Source: Orbicella franksi
Taxonomy: Eukaryota
DNA: 64,000 nt
Direction: 5' to 3'
Assembly: GCA_964199315.1 (NCBI GenBank)
Contig: OZ116700.1
Location: 10,354,001-10,418,000, forward strand
Numbering within the stretch: the first letter of the stretch is position 1; each line of letters starts with the position of its first letter. The position numbers and the translations under genes were made by a program. Positions 12,601 to 19,983 of this stretch are shown here, piece after piece. The notes under the pieces are model-generated. The model worked only from the letters and a program-made list of their open reading frames with translations. It did not search any database and was not told the DNA's origin.

Positions 12601-15600
12601 ACACTGGCGCTCTTTGTTGTTAACTCCGTTAAATTGCATTTAACTGCATTTAACAACTGCATCGCAAAATGGAGGCTGGGTGCCTGTGATATCCAGGAGC
12701 TTCCACTATTGGCAGCCAGCTCCTAGATGGAGACTGCTCCCATGGCTGGCAAATCCTGGCAAGCCAGCCATGAGCCCCCACGCCAAGCCGGAGGACCTCC
12801 GAGCAGCGCGCTAGCCAGCTCGGAGAAGAGAGGGGCTCATGGATGGGGAGGCCAGAGCCCCGAGAAAAATGCCCAAATCCGTAGGCACCCAGTAACTGGC
12901 AAATTAGTGACAAAAACCATACCTGTTAGGCAAGTCGTTCAGCTACTGAAAGGATGGTTTCCACAGGTGTGCGCACATATAACAAGTAAGCATCACTCGA
13001 CCAGCGACCCATTGTCTTAATGAGATGATCAGGAACACCTCTCTGGGCAGCAGTTGTAGCGGCTCCAATTCTAAAACTATGACCCGAGAACTTTCCAGGA
13101 ATACCTGCTGCCTGTAGAGTGGTTTGAAGAAACGAGGAAAGCCGAGATCTAGAAAGAGGAGAGCCATCTTGGTGAATAAAGAGAGGTCCGGTGCCTGGCC
13201 CACGAAGATGAAGGTAGTTTGTTAATGCAGTCACAGGACAGAGAGGAAGGGAACCACGGCCAAGATAGATGAAACAACCCTGCCTGAAAGGATCAGTCTT
13301 TGCACACTTGATTAACACTCGAAAGCTTTGGGGATTGGTGGAGGAATCTACTTGAAGATCTGCCGCGGTCAAATGAACAGATGGATCAAAGGTACCATTT
13401 GTTGTAAATTCACCAGCTCTAAGAAACCCAAAGAAGCCAAGACAGCAGGCTGCCCATAGCATGACACTGTCAGGGTTGATAAAATCTAAAGACTTGTGCA
13501 AAACAGACATAAGGTCGGCTGTCACTGGTTGGCGCTGAGGGAGATTTGGGCCCTGATGACGTTTGATCCCTCGTAAGAGACGCTGAAGTTGAAGACGGTT
13601 GACAATTGGGTCTGGGAAGCCATAGTCAATGTGTAAAGAACGGACTGCAGACAAATATACTTTAATGGAAGAATGATGAAGACGATCTGCTAAATGGGTA
13701 CAGAAGCGCATCAGAGTTTGTTCACTGGCTGGTAAAAGAGGCTGACTTGGCTCGAAGGGAGTATCCTGACTACAAAAATCTAAGAACTGACGTTGAGCCG
13801 AAGCATAAACTTGGCGAGTAGAAGGTGCGAGGCCATTGGTCAAATAGAACTGGCATTTATCTGTCAAATTACGGGCAGCTGAGCCAGCAGCGTTAACGGA
13901 ATTGGAGTCGCCCCAGGAGCTGCATGAGGAGCAAGATGATGGAAACGCTGAAAATCAAAACGAGATAAGGCATCAGCAATCGAGTTGTCTTTACCCGGCG
14001 TATGAGAGGCAGTAAAGGCAAAGGAATGTCGGGCTGCCACAAGTGACAAGTGGCGGAGAAGAACCATCATGTTCGGATCCTTCGTGGTGCCCGAACGCAA
14101 AACACTAACGACTGCCATGTTGTCGGAGCAGAACTCAACTCGTTTAGAAGCCCATCGGTGGCCCCATAGGGAAGCTGCAATAACCACCGGAAACAACTCT
14201 TTGTAGGCAATTGCCAAGGGATGCTGAACAGCTGACCATTCACCCACAAACCATTCATGATCACAAATTGCACCATAACCCCGAGCACCAGCAGCATCTG
14301 AGGAAACGTAAAATTCAGGCAAGGTCGCCCACTGTGGGGAAAGCAGGAAACTGAGACCACCCCAAGAATGGAAAAATTCTCGCCACCAACGGAGGTCTAA
14401 GCGAAAGTCTTGGTTGATCCTAATTGGGTGGCTATCACGTCGAAATGCTGACAGTAAATTGATCATGCGTCTCAAGAAGGTACGCCCCTGAGGAACTACT
14501 TTACATGCGTGTTGGAGATTGCCAATGAGAGATTCCAGCTCCTTCCGTGTGCAATGTTGTTTGAGGGACCAGGCTTCCAGAAGTGCAGCAATACGACCAA
14601 ACTTATCCAGCGGCAGACGGGCCTGAAGTGAGAGAGAATCGAGCTCAATACCGAGCACAGTTAAACAAGTGGATGGCCCCTCCAATTTGTTCGGGTGAAG
14701 AGGAATACCCCACTTTTTAAATAGCTTAACACAAGTATCAATATTGTTCTGGCAAACAGGTGAGTTAGGAGGGCCCAATGTATGGAAGTCATCCAGGTAG
14801 TGTAAAAGAAAATTCACATTATAATTGTGTTTGAGGATCCACTCGAGCATATCTGCAATGGACGAGAAGATGAAAGGAGCAGAGCGTAGTCCAAATGGAA
14901 GCGCCATATCAATAAAATATTTCCCACGCCACTTCATACCAAGTAGGTAACGATCATCAGAATGGACAGGGACATTACGGTAAGCACTTTCCACATCGAA
15001 CTTTGCCAACAGCGTTCCTCTGCCGTGAAGCATGATCCCATCGATGATATCATCAACCTTCATGTACTGCACTGAAAAGGGTTCTTTTGGAATGCCATCA
15101 TTGACACTATGGCCTAAAGGACTAGACAGATCCAAGATAAGCCGCCATTTTCCAGGCTGGTACTTCTTCGGGATAATTCCAAAGCGACTCACATGGAGGT
15201 TTGGGATAGGGGCTATAGCAAAGGGGCCAGCTACACGGCCTTTGTCGAGTTCCGTGAGGAGATACTGGTCGATGACTGAAGGCTGAAGGGATGCTGAAGG
15301 CATATTTTTATTCTCCGATTTTAAAGATACCGCCCGAGGGTCAAAACCCAGCTGAAAACCATTTGTGAGACCTGAAATCACATACTCCACTTGCGTTTGG
15401 TCGGGGTAAGAACACAGTTCATGCCGAAGTTCCTCCGCGTCTATGGGGGTTACTCTGGATGGGGGGACCAGGTCTTGCTGCGGGGTGCCCAAAATGGACA
15501 AAGAACAAGAGGGCAAAGCATGGTGTGCCACTTCGGAGGGCATGTCATTACCAAAAGCATCTTGTGGTGCAGGAACAACCACATTAACAGGAACAGGAAT

Positions 15601-18600
15601 AAAAAAAAATTTGAAAAGGAAACTGAACAAGATGAATGTACGCTATTTACATATGGTTTGGATCCCACTTCAACGCCGCAGATGTTTGCTTTGGGATGGG
15701 GGAGTTGACTGGGAGCGCCGGTAAGAAGAGGTTGAGGCCCGAAATGGACAGTTGACACGTGGATGATCACCTTCACATTTCTCACAGCGATGGAGGTACC
15801 GGCATTGACCAAAGGTCCAGCGACAGGTGCCATCATTCCAAGATCGGCAAAAGGTGGATGAACCGGCTATTGAAATTGAAGCCGAAGACGAAGTGGTTGG
15901 CTGCTGGCTTGACTGGGGAAGAGGTGATGAAAGAGTATGGAAGTTGTACAAATCATGGTTCATGTGAGACCAGTCCACCAAACCTGCAGCAGCTGCGTCC
16001 TTGCGGAATGCAACATCGTAATGGAGCCAAGCCTTCCCAGGGAACTGGCGCGACGTCTTGAGAATTAGCAGCTTGTATTGTGTCATGTCCTGCCATCTGG
16101 AAGAATGAACACAGCAGAAGATCCATGAGTACACAGTGAATGCTTCAACCCATGTCACGATATCAGTGATCTCTTGCACCCTTTTCTTGGAAGAACTCAC
16201 GAGAAGTTTGCCATCAAGGTACGTTTGGGGCTCTGTCTCCTGGGCTTTCAAGTTCTCTGCTAGCAAGTCAGCAAGATCCACAAATTGGCCAGACCTAATT
16301 TTTGTCACCAGCTTCTCCAGGAAAGGGGAATAACCGGGGCCAACAACAAACGGCCTATTCAGGGATGTTGAGGTAGAGGCGATGGAGGAATTAGAACCAA
16401 AGGAGACCAATGGCATGAAAGACTGGTTGGAAGATGGCAATCCATTCGCAGCACCACGAGAACCAAACAACGATGGCGAAGATAAAGAAGAATTGCCTAA
16501 CGTGCAGTATGTTGAAATAAAGGGAGGAACGACCAAATTACCTGAGGACTGGCCTGCAGAAGAAGGCAGTGGTTGGTTAATGACAACAGAACCGGATGAC
16601 GTCATGCCCGACGCCGCGTTTCCCGCTGTCGAAGAACTCGATGAGTGACTTTGCAAAGCCGCCAAAATGCGAGGTAACGTATCCCCCAAGGCTTGTGAAA
16701 ACGCTTGACTGAGGTCCTGTTGAGAGAGGACGAAGGAGGGCGGAGTGGACACCGGAGTCGAAGAAATGGGAGGACGTACGACCGAAGAGGGAGAATCGGC
16801 TGAAGAAGAAGGCTGACTTGAATCCAACATGGCGGCCACACTGTTGTTTGTTGCACGACGATGTGCCATACCAAACGAAAGAAACAACGGCAAGATTCGA
16901 AAAACGACGAACGAAGAACAAATAATGCACACGCTACTCAGGGAGGAAGCCTTGAAGATGAGGTCCCATGAACTGCCATGCAAATAACATGCTAGCGCCT
17001 GTAACGCTAAACACACTTCAGTCAAAGAGCACATGGGATCTGGCGCATGCCCATGTATGAAACGCCGCTGACTCCAGACAACACTGGCGCTCTTTGTTGT
17101 TAACTCCGTTAAATTGCATTTAACTGCATCAAAATCTCAACAGTTTACTGCATCATTCAATGACAATCTGAAGTTCAAAACCTAACAAATGACTATGTTT
17201 TCCGTTATGGTCAATCGTGATTATAACAACAAGCTATTAACCCCGAAAAAAAACAAACAAACAAAAATGGATCGAAATCTACCAATCACAACCCACACAA
17301 GACCTTTTGAATCTACTAAAGTAAACTTTTGTTTCCTGAGAGGTCTGCTAATATGATTGATGGCAGGGAAACACAAAAGCATTGATTGAGCAGACTTTGT
17401 ATGTAATAAATTGAAAGATGCAGCGAAAAGGTAGAAAACACACATTTGTTGTAGTGACAAGGCAAAAAGAAGTGCAGAACACAAATTCAATTTGATCATT
17501 CTCAGTCCATCAGACCATTAAAAATTCATTGCTTTTGTTTTACTCACCACTGCTGGTAAGAACATAGGGCTGCGTTGGATGAACAGCAATTGAACGTAAG
17601 TAATCTGAATGAGCTTCAAATCCATATGCCTGTTAAAGAAACAACAAAATTGTCAAAGTTTACATGGACTAAACAGGTTGAACAAAAAATGTACCATGCC
17701 CTGAAGAAATTTCTGAAATCCTTAAATACTCTGATCCCATTTTCTCTGATAGAAACTCTGTGACACAGAGATGAACAGGAAAGGTGGCATGGCAACACAT
17801 CAAATTGAATGCAACAAAAAAAATTTACTTAAAATTTTGCCAGTCATTTGTCTCACTTCACTGAAAGGCATACAGACATATGCACATTGATAACTACAAT
17901 GTATATACACATACATAATTATATACCCTGAGATATAACATACACAGCCCCTGGCTTTTCTGCAAGTTTTTCAGTAAATGCTGCTTTTTGAAAAATGCTC
18001 TATCACCACGCACAAAAGAAATGTCTTTACCTTCTCTAGAGTGTTGTAGTTGAAGACTCTTAGCATCATGTCATCCTAAAAAGCAATTCACACAATCATG
18101 CTCAGAGTACTACATAGGCTGGGTTACGTAATGTATGTTTCACTCAAGGTTCACAGCATTTTTGGACCAAATTCAAGAACTTGTTAGGACCTACATGTAC
18201 ATGTACACTTCAATAAATCTAATTTTTCAAAGACATACAAAATGCAAGTAAGAATTTTACTGTACATGCAAACAAAGAAATGCAGAGCTACATAAGTTAG
18301 TTTACTTTTCCAACTGCCAAGCACCAAATTCAACCAATACTGAGTGGAAGTACAGTACATGTACTTGAATATTAGTGCATGATATTAAGTATACAATTAA
18401 AACAGAATCATACATAAACTTACAGATCCTGTCACCACCCAGTTCTTTCTTGGTACAAATTTGGCTGTACGCACTACAATAAATAATGCATACAATAAGA
18501 AACTGAATCAGTTGAATGTTTCAATATTGGTTATATTATTGTACTTTTAATCAAAGTTATATGCATTTACCTCCTAAATCAAATGCAAAGCTATGTACAT

Positions 18601-19922
18601 GTTACACTCAATCAATGCTACACTACACTCAATCAAAGTTTGACCAAAACTGGTGAGATCCAAGTCAATATTTGGATAATTTTCTTAATGGTACCTACCA
18701 CAAAATTCTGAATTGTAGTTCTCCACGTGCCTATTTGTCAAGCAATCAGAGCGCAATTGAAATTGAATACACTGTACTTCATAAGTACTCCTCTAACTGC
18801 TTTGATATTATATACTTAAAACTTGTGTAGCAAAAACTGCCAACAAAACCATACCTGGCAGATCAGTGACTTCAAATGTCTTGACCAATGTCTGCGATTC
18901 ATAATTCCACACATGTACATTACCATTGTATAAACTAGCTAACATCCATGGTTCCGTTGGGTGAACGTCCACACACTTGACTCGGTCAGAACGTGCAGAG
19001 AGCTTGCGCTGTTGACAAGAGAATGGAAACCACAGTAAGACACTTATTATAAATTATATAATTTGAAAGTCAATCACACATCATTTTTGCAAACTAACAT
19101 TTTGTCTTTCTTGGGTATTCAAGTTTTTAATCTAATTATAGTGTACTGTAGTTCCACGATAAAGAAATTATAGGTTGAAGGTATTTAAGGCTGCCACATA
19201 CTTTCGGGAATTAGTGATTTCTACACATGTCATTGGTTCTCAAAAGGTGCAGAACAAGTGATGCAGGATGTCCTTTTGCACTCATTGACATACTTAATAC
19301 TAATTGAAAACTCAGCATGACCTAAACTTCGTCACTTGATATATAACATATGAGTTCAAGTTTGATACTTCATGTAAGACTATAAGGCTTAAGCATAGAT
19401 GTAAACTCAAAATTCTTCAAACTTCATTGACGTAAGTGGGAAACTTACATTTGTAGGATATTCTAAGATGCACTACCAACGCACAAGGGAGTTTAGAACT
19501 TCAAGACCTTTAAGGAAGCTTCTGTACATGCAAAGCTCCGATCATACACTTATTAACTCAAGCCTACATACACTATACACTGTACATAAATCAAAAGGAA
19601 ATTTGACTTTGAAAGAGAACAAATATTCTATGAGACGGCAAGCAGTTGAAAGATAACACTTACCTTAACATCTAATCTCAACGGCTGTTGAATCCAGCAA
19701 AATGCAAAGGAAAAGAGGAAAGTTTAAAAAATTAAGCCAACTAGAGTAAGCTTAGCTTATAAGCTTTTTAATTCAGTCAGTACATTTGATGACGAGAAGC
19801 CGAGAGAGTTACATACAGGCAACAGGCCGTAAAACGACGAAAATCAATCACAAATACCATAAATGAAATATAACAGTCTCAAATATTACTTAAGTACTAC
19901 AAATAAAGGAAAAACTTACCAT
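97..19922 (-). CDS. COPB2: Coatomer subunit beta' (COPI), 25 coding exons in window, 3' end outside window
   Basis: Manual splice assembly, complement join: 19920-19922, 19664-19684, 18855-19008, 18424-18473, 18031-18075, 17548-17629, 11995-12143, 11148-11201, 10831-10923, 10613-10712, 9647-9789, 9436-9535, 9070-9169, 8411-8521, 7971-8056, 7440-7546, 6512-6655, 4728-4858, 3970-4117, 3184-3290, 2632-2695, 2299-2513, 1619-1711, 761-884, 97-153. Total 2481 nt with no stop; all introns GT-AG. Translation [29 protein letters not shown]...[31 protein letters not shown]...[16 protein letters not shown] is colinear with beta'-COP. Confidence 0.97.
300..445 (-). ncRNA. H/ACA snoRNA, U68/SNORA68-like, copy 1 (COPB2 intron 24)
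   Basis: Hairpin-hinge-hairpin-tail. Stem CUGCACU/AGUGCAG, H box AGAGAA (370-365), 3' hairpin AGCUUG..CAAGUU with pocket GUCGC/UGAAU, ACA at 305-303 lying 14 nt from the pocket. Confidence 0.85.
629..688. repeat. Poly(A) plus (CA)n microsatellite
   Basis: A run followed by a CA dinucleotide array in intron 24. Confidence 0.9.
761..884 (-). CDS. COPB2: COPB2 exon 24
   Basis: [41 protein letters not shown]. Confidence 0.95.
1072..1217 (-). ncRNA. H/ACA snoRNA, U68/SNORA68-like, copy 2 (COPB2 intron 23)
   Basis: Paralogue of copy 1; H box AGAGAA, pocket CUCGC/UGAAU, ACA at 1077-1075. Confidence 0.82.
1244..1470 (+). mobile_element. tRNA-derived SINE (degenerate)
   Basis: Degenerate B-box-like GGGTAGAGCCC followed by the body motifs GCCTCTCTCCACTCAGGTGTA..GATGGGTAC..CCCTGCGATGGAC; a related copy lies at 29690-29880 on the minus strand. 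Confidence 0.65.
1619..1711 (-). CDS. COPB2: COPB2 exon 23
   Basis: [31 protein letters not shown]. Confidence 0.95.
2299..2513 (-). CDS. COPB2: COPB2 exon 22
   Basis: [25 protein letters not shown]...[15 protein letters not shown]. Confidence 0.96.
2632..2695 (-). CDS. COPB2: COPB2 exon 21
   Basis: [21 protein letters not shown]. Confidence 0.95.
3184..3290 (-). CDS. COPB2: COPB2 exon 20
   Basis: [36 protein letters not shown]. Confidence 0.96.
3970..4117 (-). CDS. COPB2: COPB2 exon 19
   Basis: [49 protein letters not shown]. Confidence 0.96.
4313..4457 (-). ncRNA. H/ACA snoRNA, U68/SNORA68-like, copy 3 (COPB2 intron 18)
   Basis: Paralogue; H box AGAGUA, perfect lower stem AGCUUG/CAAGCU, pocket GUCGC/UGAAU, ACA at 4318-4316. 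Confidence 0.82.
4728..4858 (-). CDS. COPB2: COPB2 exon 18
   Basis: [44 protein letters not shown]. Confidence 0.96.
5408..5616. other. Assembly gap (N run)
   Basis: 209 N in COPB2 intron 17. Confidence 0.99.
5620..6080 (-). mobile_element. 5'-truncated non-LTR retrotransposon 3' end (L2/CR1-like)
   Basis: ORF 5796-6029 [39 protein letters not shown] is typical of the post-RT C-terminus of L2/CR1-group ORF2; followed by an AT-rich 3' UTR. Confidence 0.7.
6158..6390. mobile_element. Small TIR element with an internal 45-bp tandem duplication
   Basis: Unit 6158-6202 is repeated at 6203-6247; GGGGTTTCATTAA is inverted as TTAATGAAACCCC near 6375-6390. Confidence 0.55.
6512..6655 (-). CDS. COPB2: COPB2 exon 17
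   Basis: [48 protein letters not shown]. Confidence 0.96.
6830..6992. mobile_element. MITE-like inverted repeat in intron 16
   Basis: gagaagataatatatcaaaca..gagacagtgtttcat is inverted as atgaaacactgtctc..tgtttgatatattacttctc. Confidence 0.6.
7440..7546 (-). CDS. COPB2: COPB2 exon 16
   Basis: [35 protein letters not shown]. Confidence 0.96.
7971..8056 (-). CDS. COPB2: COPB2 exon 15
   Basis: [28 protein letters not shown]. Confidence 0.96.
8411..8521 (-). CDS. COPB2: COPB2 exon 14
   Basis: [36 protein letters not shown]. Confidence 0.96.
9070..9169 (-). CDS. COPB2: COPB2 exon 13
   Basis: [34 protein letters not shown]. Confidence 0.95.
9436..9535 (-). CDS. COPB2: COPB2 exon 12
   Basis: [33 protein letters not shown]. 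Confidence 0.96.
9647..9789 (-). CDS. COPB2: COPB2 exon 11
   Basis: [48 protein letters not shown]. Confidence 0.96.
10245..10277. repeat. (TACATG)n tandem array
   Basis: About five tandem TACATG units in intron 10. Confidence 0.85.
10613..10712 (-). CDS. COPB2: COPB2 exon 10
   Basis: [33 protein letters not shown]. Confidence 0.96.
10831..10923 (-). CDS. COPB2: COPB2 exon 9
   Basis: [31 protein letters not shown]. Confidence 0.96.
11148..11201 (-). CDS. COPB2: COPB2 exon 8
   Basis: [18 protein letters not shown]. Confidence 0.95.
11995..12143 (-). CDS. COPB2: COPB2 exon 7
   Basis: [50 protein letters not shown]. Confidence 0.97.
12261..12394 (-). repeat. Split direct repeat B2 (134 bp)
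   Basis: Identical to 12650-12783. Confidence 0.95.
12460..12649 (-). repeat. Split direct repeat A2 (190 bp)
   Basis: Matches 16940-17129. Confidence 0.95.
12650..12783 (-). repeat. Split direct repeat B1 (134 bp)
   Basis: Identical to 12261-12394; directly abuts A2. Confidence 0.95.
12926..13867 (-). CDS. Ngaro ORF3 tyrosine recombinase
   Basis: Core-binding motif LAPSTRQVY; catalytic residues R (FLRAGEF), K (AKTDPF), HxxR (GHSFRIG), W (GRW), Y (LLYVR). The listed start is TTG; first ATG is codon 53. Confidence 0.95.
   Translation of the reverse strand: MTDKCQFYLTNGLAPSTRQVYASAQRQFLDFCSQDTPFEPSQPLLPASEQTLMRFCTHLADRLHHSSIKVYLSAVRSLHIDYGFPDPIVNRLQLQRLLRGIKRHQGPNLPQRQPVTADLMSVLHKSLDFINPDSVMLWAACCLGFFGFLRAGEFTTNGTFDPSVHLTAADLQVDSSTNPQSFRVLIKCAKTDPFRQGCFIYLGRGSLPLCPVTALTNYLHLRGPGTGPLFIHQDGSPLSRSRLSSFLQTTLQAAGIPGKFSGHSFRIGAATTAAQRGVPDHLIKTMGRWSSDAYLLYVRTPVETILSVAERLA
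13864..15630 (-). CDS. Ngaro ORF2 reverse transcriptase / RNase H
   Basis: RT motifs [32 protein letters not shown]; RNase H motifs [20 protein letters not shown]. The listed start is TTG; first ATG is at 15543. Confidence 0.95.
   Translation of the reverse strand: MFSFLFKFFFIPVPVNVVVPAPQDAFGNDMPSEVAHHALPSCSLSILGTPQQDLVPPSRVTPIDAEELRHELCSYPDQTQVEYVISGLTNGFQLGFDPRAVSLKSENKNMPSASLQPSVIDQYLLTELDKGRVAGPFAIAPIPNLHVSRFGIIPKKYQPGKWRLILDLSSPLGHSVNDGIPKEPFSVQYMKVDDIIDGIMLHGRGTLLAKFDVESAYRNVPVHSDDRYLLGMKWRGKYFIDMALPFGLRSAPFIFSSIADMLEWILKHNYNVNFLLHYLDDFHTLGPPNSPVCQNNIDTCVKLFKKWGIPLHPNKLEGPSTCLTVLGIELDSLSLQARLPLDKFGRIAALLEAWSLKQHCTRKELESLIGNLQHACKVVPQGRTFLRRMINLLSAFRRDSHPIRINQDFRLDLRWWREFFHSWGGLSFLLSPQWATLPEFYVSSDAAGARGYGAICDHEWFVGEWSAVQHPLAIAYKELFPVVIAASLWGHRWASKRVEFCSDNMAVVSVLRSGTTKDPNMMVLLRHLSLVAARHSFAFTASHTPGKDNSIADALSRFDFQRFHHLAPHAAPGATPIPLTLLAQLPVI
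15670..16869 (-). CDS. Ngaro ORF1 gag-like protein with C-terminal zinc fingers (~399 aa from MAHRR)
   Basis: Ser-rich N-terminus; C-terminal [20 protein letters not shown] (CCCH type) and [13 protein letters not shown] (CCHC-like). The frame is open from 17034; ATG at 16869 is chosen by inference. Confidence 0.82.
   Translation of the reverse strand: MAHRRATNNSVAAMLDSSQPSSSADSPSSVVRPPISSTPVSTPPSFVLSQQDLSQAFSQALGDTLPRILAALQSHSSSSSTAGNAASGMTSSGSVVINQPLPSSAGQSSGNLVVPPFISTYCTLGNSSLSSPSLFGSRGAANGLPSSNQSFMPLVSFGSNSSIASTSTSLNRPFVVGPGYSPFLEKLVTKIRSGQFVDLADLLAENLKAQETEPQTYLDGKLLVSSSKKRVQEITDIVTWVEAFTVYSWIFCCVHSSRWQDMTQYKLLILKTSRQFPGKAWLHYDVAFRKDAAAAGLVDWSHMNHDLYNFHTLSSPLPQSSQQPTTSSSASISIAGSSTFCRSWNDGTCRWTFGQCRYLHRCEKCEGDHPRVNCPFRASTSSYRRSQSTPPSQSKHLRR
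16940..17129 (-). repeat. Split direct repeat A1 (190 bp)
   Basis: Matches 12460-12649 with two mismatches. Confidence 0.95.
17548..17629 (-). CDS. COPB2: COPB2 exon 6
   Basis: [27 protein letters not shown](D), ends in phase 1. Confidence 0.94.
18031..18075 (-). CDS. COPB2: COPB2 exon 5
   Basis: [19 protein letters not shown] flanks. Confidence 0.95.
18424..18473 (-). CDS. COPB2: COPB2 exon 4
   Basis: [21 protein letters not shown] flanks. Confidence 0.95.
18855..19008 (-). CDS. COPB2: COPB2 exon 3
   Basis: [55 protein letters not shown] flanks. Confidence 0.96.
19664..19684 (-). CDS. COPB2: COPB2 exon 2 (21-nt microexon)
   Basis: caacag|PLRLDVK|gtaagt. Confidence 0.93.
19920..19922 (-). 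CDS. COPB2: COPB2 exon 1 coding part (ATG only)
   Basis: tggcaatcATG|gtaagt on minus strand. Confidence 0.88.
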
Positions 19923-19983
19923 GATTGCCACAAGAATCGCTTAAAGTCGGGAGAGACAAGAAAAGACCCCAGGCAAAATGGCC

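Larger units (their letters stand above)
12261..17129 (-). mobile_element. Ngaro/PAT-type DIRS-order (tyrosine recombinase) retrotransposon, full length, 4869 bp
   Basis: Split direct repeats in the order A1-ORF1-ORF2(RT/RNaseH)-ORF3(YR)-B1-A2-B2 on the minus strand; three uninterrupted ORFs; no target-site duplication. Confidence 0.95.

Noticed and set aside
12261-12913. ORFs 12261-12662, 12334-12534 and 12650-12913 with duplicated peptides
   Set aside because: They are translations of the A and B terminal repeats, not genes.
15391-16930. Plus-strand and alternative-frame ORFs over Ngaro ORF1/ORF2
   Set aside because: Shadows of GC-rich coding sequence with no motifs.
18020-18031. Read-through of exon 5 giving EKVKTF, which resembles orthologues
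   Set aside because: No suitable downstream donor; AAG|GTAAAG joined to 17629 keeps frame and length, so it was preferred.
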